In this document: one piece after another, positions 19,183 to 26,107 of the stretch
Layout of the letters: each line of letters opens with the position of its first letter
Position numbering within the stretch: position 1 is the first letter of the stretch
DNA from: Candidatus Marithrix sp.
GTDB taxonomy: Bacteria; Pseudomonadota; Gammaproteobacteria; Beggiatoales; Beggiatoaceae
Direction of reading: 5' to 3'
DNA: 64,000 nucleotides
NCBI GenBank assembly: GCA_016744775.1
Contig: JADGDS010000001.1
Coordinates: forward strand, 660,290 to 724,289
Notes under the pieces: generated by a model
Told to the model about the DNA's origin: nothing
What the model saw: the letters and a program-made list of their open reading frames with translations, nothing else
The model's database searches: none
Position numbers and translations under genes: made by a program

Positions 19183-20785
19183 ATTTTTTCATAAAATTAA
19201 TAATCATCATTGCTGTGCGCTTATCTCCTTGATTGTTTGCAATTTCAATTGCTTTATCAATTATGTGAAATTTATTTCCATCTAAATTAAAAATTTTACC
19301 ATGAATTTCTCCATAAACTTGATAAAACATAAATGCTGGGTGATTTAACCAACGTTTATTGGCTTCAGTTGCAAATTTTGTTAGCAAATTATAATTTGCT
19401 AAATTTTTAAAGCATTCACATAAACTCAACATTTCGTTTTGAGAAAAATCCAGTTTAGCCATTTTTATAATAGTAGCTTTGATTTCCTCCACACTTTCGC
19501 TAAGACAATCTACCTTTTCTGCCAAATAAGCATTAATTATATTAAGTAATTTTAAAGCATTATTTTTAGTAGGGGTAATATTGGCTTTAGAAAGTTTCAA
19601 ATCAAGAAACTGACGCTTACTTTCAACAATGACTCTAAATCTATCACAAATACCATCTTTTTCAAGCAGCATCTTAATAGCTGTTGCTTGATTATCGCTA
19701 GTGTGTAAGGCTAATAAAGCTTGATTGATTTGCACAATATCATTAGGCTTATTAACTTTTTCTAATTCCTTACTAGCTAAAGTATATTTCTTGGTTTTAA
19801 TTAATTTATGAGCATGAGATATATGAGATGCGACAGCACAATCACGCGCTTTTGCATTAATTGGATCTATTTTTAATAAGGTTTGAGCATATTTTACGGC
19901 TTTTTTAAAGGCTTTTTTGCGTGTAGCAGATGCCATACCAAGTAACAAAATATCAGGATCTTTGGGTAAATGTTTCAGTGCAGTATCAACCCATTTATGA
20001 TATGACTTTAATTCACCCTTATGTTCATACCATTTGGCTAATTTGAGATAAGTGTTTTTATCTGCTGGATCATATAATAAACTTGCTTCTAAATCACTGA
20101 TTATATTTTCTTTATTGTGAGCTAATTCAACTAAATGACGATAAATAAAAGCGATTTTTAATTCATTATTTTGTTCCTGTTTCAGATATTTGATACATTT
20201 ACGCCAATACTTATCAGCTTCATCTTGTTCAGAGCTAAGTGCTAAAATACGATTTTTTTCAAATGATGATAATGATCCAAATTCGCGTTCATAAATTTTA
20301 ATTCCTGTAGGATAATGAGGCAATAAGGCTAGGCAAAACTGACGACTTTTTTCTTTACCGAAAAATTGCCAATTTTTTATCACTAGTTCTAATAAGACTT
20401 TATTGCTTTGTGGTTTTATAACTTTATTAATCATGTTAATTTGCTTATCATTCCAGCCTTTCAAGCTAGCAATCAAAGCCAATTCATCAGAATTAGGCTT
20501 GCTAGAAATCAATGATTCAATTGAATTTGTTGATAAACTAATAACCGTAGCTAATTTCTTATATGGAGAATCTTCTGGAATTTTATTAAAAAGTTGCAAA
20601 CTAGCATCAGTTTCAATTAAAATTAATCCCTTAATAATAGTAGTGCAATCTCTATAAGGCGAGCGAAAAGGAATTTGTTTTAAAGCGGCTTTACAGGCTT
20701 CATAGTTTCTTTGTTTATAGTTTGACAGAGCGTCTTTAAGCAAAATCAAGTCTTGTGTTTTAGAATGTTTTTTCTTTTTACGCAT
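19166..20785 (-). CDS. TPR-like helical repeat protein, first gene of the Hsp70 operon
   Basis: 539 aa, all-helical, with several TPR-like units (e.g. YLKLAKWYEHKGELKSYHKWVDTALKHLPKDPD). It overlaps the J-like gene by 17 nt. Confidence 0.5.
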   Translation of the reverse strand: MRKKKKHSKTQDLILLKDALSNYKQRNYEACKAALKQIPFRSPYRDCTTIIKGLILIETDASLQLFNKIPEDSPYKKLATVISLSTNSIESLISSKPNSDELALIASLKGWNDKQINMINKVIKPQSNKVLLELVIKNWQFFGKEKSRQFCLALLPHYPTGIKIYEREFGSLSSFEKNRILALSSEQDEADKYWRKCIKYLKQEQNNELKIAFIYRHLVELAHNKENIISDLEASLLYDPADKNTYLKLAKWYEHKGELKSYHKWVDTALKHLPKDPDILLLGMASATRKKAFKKAVKYAQTLLKIDPINAKARDCAVASHISHAHKLIKTKKYTLASKELEKVNKPNDIVQINQALLALHTSDNQATAIKMLLEKDGICDRFRVIVESKRQFLDLKLSKANITPTKNNALKLLNIINAYLAEKVDCLSESVEEIKATIIKMAKLDFSQNEMLSLCECFKNLANYNLLTKFATEANKRWLNHPAFMFYQVYGEIHGKIFNLDGNKFHIIDKAIEIANNQGDKRTAMMIINFMKKYDNSL

Positions 20786-20843
20786 AGGATGTTATTATAT
20801 AGCTTTATTAAAAATAGTATAGTATAAGGAGATATAAAGAAAT

Positions 20844-21440
20844 ATGACTGACAATGTCGTTGAAGATAATAGCAGACGACGCTTCTTGGTTGCGGCTACA
20901 AGTGTAGTTGGAGCTATTGGAGCTGGTTTTGTAGCAGTACCTTTTTTAACATCCTTCTCTCCAAGCGCAAAAGCACAAGCAGCTGGTGCCCCAGTAGAAG
21001 TTGATATTAGTAAAATCGAAGAAGGTCAAAGACTTACCGTGGAATGGCGCGGTAAACCTATTTGGATAGTCAAAAGATCAGAACAAGCCTTACAAGAATT
21101 GTCAAGTTTAAATGGTAAATTGCGTGATCCTAATTCTGAGGTAATTAGTCAACAACCTGATTATGCGAAAAATGCTGAGCGTTCAATTAAGCCAGAATAT
21201 TTAGTATTGATAGGAATCTGTACTCATTTAGGTTGTTCACCTTCTTATGTTGAGGCTGATAATCCGATAGGAAGCACCATTGATCCTGACTGGAAAGGTG
21301 GGTTTTTCTGCCCATGTCATGGTTCTAAATTTGATTTAGCAGGGCGAGTATATCAGAGTGTTCCAGCACCTACGAATTTAGTTGTGCCTCCTTACACTTA
21401 TCTAAGTGATACTCGTATTTTAATAGGAGCTACTGCTTAA
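20844..21440 (+). CDS. petA: ubiquinol-cytochrome c reductase Rieske iron-sulfur subunit
   Basis: Tat-type signal (SRRRFLVAAT) and the Rieske boxes CTHLGC and CPCHGS. Confidence 0.9.
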   Translation: MTDNVVEDNSRRRFLVAATSVVGAIGAGFVAVPFLTSFSPSAKAQAAGAPVEVDISKIEEGQRLTVEWRGKPIWIVKRSEQALQELSSLNGKLRDPNSEVISQQPDYAKNAERSIKPEYLVLIGICTHLGCSPSYVEADNPIGSTIDPDWKGGFFCPCHGSKFDLAGRVYQSVPAPTNLVVPPYTYLSDTRILIGATA

Positions 21441-22654
21441 TGAATAAAATGTTAGATTGGGTGGATAGTCGTTTTCCATTAATGAGTTTGTGGAATGAAC
21501 ACTTAGCAAAATATTATGCACCGAAAAATTTTAATTTTTGGTATTACTTTGGATCATTAGCATTATTAGTGCTGATATTACAAATAGTAACTGGTATTTT
21601 TCTTACCATGAATTATAAACCAGATGCAGAATTAGCCTTTGGCTCTGTTGAATACATCATGCGCGATGTGAATTATGGTTGGTTGATTCGCTATATGCAC
21701 GCAGTTGGTGCCTCATTCTTTTTTGTAGTGGTTTATCTACATATGTTTAGAGGTTTGATGTATGGTTCATATAGAAAACCGCGTGAATTAGTCTGGTTAA
21801 TAGGCATGTTTATTTATGTGTGCTTAATGGCTGAAGCATTTTTAGGTTATTTGTTACCTTGGGGGCAAATGTCTTATTGGGGTGCGCAAGTTATTATTTC
21901 CTTATTTGGTGCAATTCCTTATGTTGGTGAAGATTTAGCATTGTGGATACGCGGTGATTATGTAATTGCTGATGCTACTTTAAATCGTTTCTTTGCTTTT
22001 CATGTAATTTTGGTACCTTTAATTTTATTGGTGTTAGTCGTATTACATATTATAGCTTTACATGAAGTAGGTTCTAATAACCCTGATGGTGTTGAAATTA
22101 AGAAGAATAAAGATCCAAAAACAGGTATTCCTGTAGATGGAATTCCTTTTCATCCATATTATAGTGTTAAAGATATAGTTGGCGTAACAGTATTTTTAAT
22201 GCTATTTGCTGGGGTAATATTTTATGCACCAGAATTCGGTGGCTATTTCATTGAAGCTAATAACTTTTTCCCTGCTGATCCATTAAAAACACCTGAACAT
22301 ATTGCGCCTTTATGGTATTTCACACCTTTTTATGCAATATTGCGTGCAATACCTGATAAATTAATGGGCGTAATGGCAATGGGTGCAGCTATTGTAATTT
22401 TATTTGCTTTACCTTGGTTGGATAGAAGTCCTGTAAAATCAATTCGTTATAAGGGTTGGATTTATAAATTTGCTTTAACTTTATTTGTTATAAGCTTTTT
22501 TGGTTTGTGTTATTTAGGTATGGTAGGACCCACACCAGTTAAAACTCTGTTAGCACAAATATTTTCCTTTATATATTTTGCATTTTTCTTATTAATGCCT
22601 TGGTATTCCACAATAGATAAAACCAAGCCGGTTCCAGAAAGGGTGACTGACTAA
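21440..22654 (+). CDS. petB: cytochrome b of the bc1 complex
   Basis: 404 aa, polytopic, with a conserved cytochrome b N-terminus (FNFWYYFGSLALL, RYMHAVGASFFF). Confidence 0.9.
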   Translation: MNKMLDWVDSRFPLMSLWNEHLAKYYAPKNFNFWYYFGSLALLVLILQIVTGIFLTMNYKPDAELAFGSVEYIMRDVNYGWLIRYMHAVGASFFFVVVYLHMFRGLMYGSYRKPRELVWLIGMFIYVCLMAEAFLGYLLPWGQMSYWGAQVIISLFGAIPYVGEDLALWIRGDYVIADATLNRFFAFHVILVPLILLVLVVLHIIALHEVGSNNPDGVEIKKNKDPKTGIPVDGIPFHPYYSVKDIVGVTVFLMLFAGVIFYAPEFGGYFIEANNFFPADPLKTPEHIAPLWYFTPFYAILRAIPDKLMGVMAMGAAIVILFALPWLDRSPVKSIRYKGWIYKFALTLFVISFFGLCYLGMVGPTPVKTLLAQIFSFIYFAFFLLMPWYSTIDKTKPVPERVTD

Positions 22655-23349
22655 TGAAAAGAGTAATTTTAACTTTAATTTTCTTAATACCAAATATTAG
22701 TGTTGCTAGTGGTGGTGTTCAACTACAACATGCAAATAATGACATTCGTGATAAAGGCTCATTACAACAAGGGGCTAAGTTATTTGTCAACTATTGTATT
22801 GGTTGTCACACTGCAAAATATATGCGTTATCAACGCATTGGTAAAGACTTAGGTTTAACTAATGCTGAATTACAAGATAATTTAATGTTTAGTGCTGAAA
22901 AAGTCGGTGAAACTTTAGATATAGCAATGGATAAAGATGATGCTAAAAAATGGTTTGGTGTAAACCCACCAGATTTAAGTGTTATTGCTCGCGCTCGCGG
23001 TACTGATTGGTTATATACTTATTTGTTAAGTTTTTATTTAGATCCTTCACGCCCAAATGGTATAAACAATCTAGTATTTAAAGATGTTGGTATGCCTCAT
23101 GTTTTATGGGAACGTCAAGGTTGGCAAAAACTTGTTGATAATAAATTAGAATTAGTAAATAAGGAAGATGAGGCGAAAGCTAAACAATATCGTCAAGATG
23201 TACGTAATTTAGTGAATTTCTTAGATTATGTTGGAGAACCTGCCAAAGTAGCGCGTTATGATTTAGGTTGGAAAGTTATATTCTACCTTGCAATATTCTT
23301 TATATTTGCTTATGCATTGAAAAAAGAATATTGGCGTGATATACATTAA
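22654..23349 (+). CDS. petC: cytochrome c1
   Basis: Signal peptide, haem motif CIGCH and a C-terminal TM anchor. Third gene of the translationally coupled petABC. Confidence 0.85.
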   Translation: MKRVILTLIFLIPNISVASGGVQLQHANNDIRDKGSLQQGAKLFVNYCIGCHTAKYMRYQRIGKDLGLTNAELQDNLMFSAEKVGETLDIAMDKDDAKKWFGVNPPDLSVIARARGTDWLYTYLLSFYLDPSRPNGINNLVFKDVGMPHVLWERQGWQKLVDNKLELVNKEDEAKAKQYRQDVRNLVNFLDYVGEPAKVARYDLGWKVIFYLAIFFIFAYALKKEYWRDIH

Positions 23350-23355
23350 TGTATA

Positions 23356-23449
23356 AAATCCCCCCTAGCCCCCCTTTTATTAAAGTGGGGGATTATCAAA
23401 TAATACGATTTCCTCCCCCTTTATTAAAGGGGGGTAGGGGGGGATTTTA
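23356..23449. repeat. composite poly-C/poly-G palindromic element (repeat family 3)
   Basis: AAAATCCCCCCTAGCCCCCCTTTT ... AAAGGGGGGTAGGGGGGGATTTT, with internal CCCCCTTT/AAAGGGGG hairpins. Relatives lie at 34745-34782, 38834-38896 and 26005-26031. Confidence 0.75.
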
Positions 23450-23459
23450 GGAGAAAATT

Positions 23460-23828
23460 ATGACTTCAATGCAACCATATTTATTACGTGCTGTACATGA
23501 ATGGATTACTGATAATGATTTTACAGCATATATATTAGTGAATGCGGATTACGAGGGCTGTGAAGTACCTCGTGAATATGTTGATAATGGTAATATTATT
23601 TTAAATATTTCCACAACAGCGGTAGAAAATTTAGTATTAGATAATGATTCGGTGGATTTCAATGCTAGATTTTCAGGGCAACAAATGAATGTATCTATTC
23701 CGATACCAGCAGTTTTAGCAATTTATGCACAAGAAAATGGCAAAGGTATGTCATTTCAAGCTGAGCCTGAAGAAAAGAAGGAAGTATCTCCACCGCCAAA
23801 AAAACCAACACTTACATTGGTTGAATAA
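23460..23828 (+). CDS. sspB: ClpXP adaptor / stringent starvation protein B
   Basis: The N-terminus MQPYLLRAVHEWITDN matches the SspB family. The tail is acidic/Pro-rich. Confidence 0.8.
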   Translation: MTSMQPYLLRAVHEWITDNDFTAYILVNADYEGCEVPREYVDNGNIILNISTTAVENLVLDNDSVDFNARFSGQQMNVSIPIPAVLAIYAQENGKGMSFQAEPEEKKEVSPPPKKPTLTLVE

Positions 23829-24126
23829 AACCGGGCATCTCCAACATTTCTAAGGAGATGCCACGCATCAACACCCTTCCCGTCTGACGCTGATTATTAC
23901 CATCGTCAAATTCAAATTGATATAGTCTTTGTATTATTAATTTACCATTATTATTACGTTTTAAACCCATTCGTACTAATGCAATAGTATCATCTAATAA
24001 TTGTAGTTTCAATTCTCTACAGGTTTGTTTACAAATAAGTTTTGCCCTTTCACGAGATTTTAATGTGTCAAGCCAAAACCATGTTATAATACTGATTAAT
24101 AATAGTAATATTATTGTTGTTATCAT
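23812..24126 (-). CDS. DUF3301 family membrane protein
   Basis: 104 aa with an N-terminal TM segment, then WFWLDTLKSRERA...LQLLDDTIAL...YQFEF, as in DUF3301. Confidence 0.65.
   Translation of the reverse strand: MITTIILLLLISIITWFWLDTLKSRERAKLICKQTCRELKLQLLDDTIALVRMGLKRNNNGKLIIQRLYQFEFDDGNNQRQTGRVLMRGISLEMLEMPGFIQPM
24020..24126. repeat. direct repeat copy A (5' end of the DUF3301 gene)
   Basis: 24024-24085 matches 25341-25402 with 1 mismatch in 62 nt. Weaker similarity continues to the start codon. Confidence 0.85.
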
Positions 24127-24159
24127 GAGAATTTAATTTTATTATTAGTAATGGATTTT

Positions 24160-24180
24160 GGAGTTCAAACTTTGAACTCC
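24160..24180. repeat. GGAGTTCAAA-C-TTTGAACTCC hairpin (repeat family 2)
   Basis: Perfect 10-bp arms. Relatives lie at 25167-25188, 26038-26060, 27647-27680 and 38316-38337. Confidence 0.75.
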
Positions 24181-24221
24181 TGAATTAAAAATATGTCAGA
24201 TTAGTTAATAAGGAGTTTGTA

Positions 24222-25124
24222 ATTTTTAAAAACCTTTCAATTATTATATTTTTAGCCGCTGTGATTAGTGGTTGTAATGATGATGATGGTGCTGGTGATT
24301 CGCCGGTTATTGATTTAATAAAATCTCAATCAGAGAAAAATTCACAGAAAATAGCTGATTTACAAGTTCAGTTATCTGAGCAATTAGAAAAAATTCAAAC
24401 AAATACTTTTGTTGCTGGTAAAGTCTTTCGCGATAAGTTAAAGGATGGTAGCTTTGCTCCAGAGATGGTTATGATTGCTGGTGGTTCTTTTAGAATGGGT
24501 GATATTCAAGGTGGTGGCAGGGATAATGAACAGGCAGTGCATTATGTTTTGGTTGATAGGTTTGCTATGGGGAAATATGAAGTTACCTTTGCTGAATATG
24601 ATAAGTTTGCTGAAGCTACTGGTAGAGAAAAGCCTAGTGATAGTGGTTGGGGGCGCGGTAATCGTCCAGTAATTAATGTTTCTTGGAATGATGCTACTGC
24701 CTATACAAAATGGCTTAGTGATCAAACTGGTAAGCAATATCGTTTGCCTACTGAAGCTGAGTGGGAATATGCAGCTAGAGCTGGTACGGATACTAAGTAT
24801 TGGTGGGGTAATGAGATTGATGGCAGTAAAGCAAATTATAACCAGAATCTTGGTAAAACTTCTTCAGTGGGAAATTATAAAGCTAATAAATTTGGTTTAT
24901 ATGATACTTCAGGAAATGTATGGGAATGGACATGTTCTGAATTTGAAGATAAATATAATGGTAAAGAAAAACAATGTGTTACGAATGCAAGCAATTTATC
25001 CTTTCGTGGCGGCTCGTGGAACAGCGGCGCGAGGGTTGTGCGCTCGGCTAACCGCTACTGGAACACGCCGACTGACCGCAGCCTCTACGTGGGCTTTCGG
25101 GTGTTAAGACTCGTAACCCTTTAA
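24222..25124 (+). CDS. lipoprotein with a formylglycine-generating-enzyme / C-type-lectin fold (SUMF1-like) domain; candidate DGR target
   Basis: FGE-sulfatase family motifs (MVMIAGGSFRMG, INVSWNDA, RLPTEAEWEYAAR, GNVWEWT, RGGSW...GFRV). The track start is GTG 24261, which would cut a lipoprotein signal. The in-frame upstream sequence after AAGGAG reads (ATT)FKNLSIIIFLAAVISGC. Confidence 0.75.
   Translation: MFKNLSIIIFLAAVISGCNDDDGAGDSPVIDLIKSQSEKNSQKIADLQVQLSEQLEKIQTNTFVAGKVFRDKLKDGSFAPEMVMIAGGSFRMGDIQGGGRDNEQAVHYVLVDRFAMGKYEVTFAEYDKFAEATGREKPSDSGWGRGNRPVINVSWNDATAYTKWLSDQTGKQYRLPTEAEWEYAARAGTDTKYWWGNEIDGSKANYNQNLGKTSSVGNYKANKFGLYDTSGNVWEWTCSEFEDKYNGKEKQCVTNASNLSFRGGSWNSGARVVRSANRYWNTPTDRSLYVGFRVLRLVTL
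25005..25103 (+). other. candidate DGR variable region (VR) at the gene 3' end
   Basis: By hand count about 67/99 nt are G+C and about 14/99 are A, against AT-rich flanks. It encodes RGGSWNSGARVVRSANRYWNTPTDRSLYVGFRV, and the variable-position codons are mostly NNC. Confidence 0.55.
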
Positions 25125-25166
25125 ACTTTATCACTTTTACCATTTTTTTTGAGTATTTATGGAATT

Positions 25167-25306
25167 TGGAGTTCAAAGCGGAGCTTTGTTTTTGTGGATA
25201 GGGGTTTATAGCTATATACAACAACTACAGGGATTGCACCGCAGGGATAAATATTCTTAACTAACAAGAAAATCCCTGTTAAAATGCAATCCCTGTAGTT
25301 TTTTTT
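25167..25306 (+). mobile_element. ~140-nt MITE-like / small-RNA-like repeat, copy 1
   Basis: More than 90% identical by eye to 38316-38452. It contains a family-2 hairpin, TTGTGG-N15-TATATA, then a 27-bp-arm hairpin (CTACAGGGATTGCA...TGCAATCCCTGTAG) followed by a T-run. Confidence 0.7.
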
Positions 25307-25336
25307 CTACACGTTCGGCATTACGTTCTTGTTATA

Positions 25337-25440
25337 CAGCTTTGTTTACAAATAAGTTTTGCCCTTTCACGATATTTTAATGTGTCAAGCCAAAACCATG
25401 TTCCAAGGTTTATTATTAACAATAATAACTGAAATGAATT
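25337..25440 (-). pseudogene. orphan duplicate of the DUF3301 gene 5' end (direct repeat copy B)
   Basis: The reverse strand reads ..LLLLIINLGTWFWLDTLKYRERAKLICKQS, against the intact gene's LLLLISIITWFWLDTLKSRERAKLICKQT. There is no in-frame ATG and similarity ends abruptly. Confidence 0.8.
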
Positions 25441-25482
25441 ATTATATAGTTTTTTTCATCTTTTATAAAAGGAATATTCTTC

Positions 25483-25998
25483 ATGAAAACCAAAATATAT
25501 TTAGTCAGCAGTATAGTATTAGGTTTTACAATAAGTGTTGCAGCAGTTGCTGAACCTAAAACTAAACGTTTATTAGAAGCTTTTGATGTTAATCAAGATG
25601 GTTCTATGACAACATCTGAAGTGAAACAAGTTTTAACTAAACGTTTCAAAGCTAATGATAGCGATGGTGATGGATTTTTAAATTTCAATGAAACCGTAGC
25701 TGCTTATGAACAAGCAAAACAAGAACGTGCAGTAAAACGTTTTAATAAGATTGATCAAAATGGAGATGGTACAGTAACACTAAATGAATTTTTAACTACA
25801 GTCAAAAAATATTCTGCTTATAAACAGAAACTTATTCAACATAGATTTACAAAAAAAGATAAAAATAATGATGAATTAGTTTCATTAACTGAATTTACTA
25901 AGCCATTACCATTTTTTGATCATTTTGATTTTAATAAAGATAATGTAATTTCCTTAGAAGAAATTACAAGTAAGTTTAATCATCATCATCATAAGTAA
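25483..25998 (+). CDS. secreted EF-hand calcium-binding protein
   Basis: Signal peptide and five DxDxDG-type loops (DVNQDGSMTTSE, DSDGDGFLNFNE, DQNGDGTVTLNE, DKNNDELVSLTE, DFNKDNVISLEE). AGGA lies 8 nt upstream of the ATG. Confidence 0.8.
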   Translation: MKTKIYLVSSIVLGFTISVAAVAEPKTKRLLEAFDVNQDGSMTTSEVKQVLTKRFKANDSDGDGFLNFNETVAAYEQAKQERAVKRFNKIDQNGDGTVTLNEFLTTVKKYSAYKQKLIQHRFTKKDKNNDELVSLTEFTKPLPFFDHFDFNKDNVISLEEITSKFNHHHHK

Positions 25999-26037
25999 GT
26001 TCCTTAGCCCCTCCAGCCCCATTTAGGGGCTTAAATT

Positions 26038-26060
26038 GCAAAGCTCCGCTTTGTACTCCA
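26038..26060. repeat. family-2 half element (GCAAAGCTCCGCTTTGTACTCCA)
   Basis: Shares GCTTTGTACTCCAG with 27667-27681. Confidence 0.6.
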
Positions 26061-26107
26061 GATTTGTTGTTATCTAACATCCTCTCCAAAATAAAGAAGT
26101 TTTAATC

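Noticed and set aside
24438-25107. Alternative-frame and antisense ORFs (24438-24737 minus, 24475-24672 plus, 24676-25107 plus) inside the FGE-fold gene
   Set aside because: Only the 24222/24261-25124 frame gives FGE/SUMF1 family motifs. The others are low-complexity translations fully nested in that gene.
25220-25300. 27-bp inverted arms (CTACAGGGATTGCA...) considered as CRISPR repeats, or as the DGR hairpin downstream of the VR
   Set aside because: Only two arms per locus, in inverted rather than direct orientation. The same element occurs at 38316-38452 next to an unrelated gene, so it is not specific to the putative VR.
25359-25553. Short intergenic ORFs: 25359-25553, 32014-32238, 36927-37160, 38428-38610, 51755-51961, 56745-56930
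   Set aside because: They span repeat elements, gene remnants or the ends of better-supported genes. None has an RBS or a recognisable domain.
25981-25998. The C-terminal HHHH run of the EF-hand protein considered as a cloning/His-tag artefact
   Set aside because: There are only four His residues followed by Lys. The codon usage and flanking sequence are native-looking, and a typical local hairpin element follows the gene.
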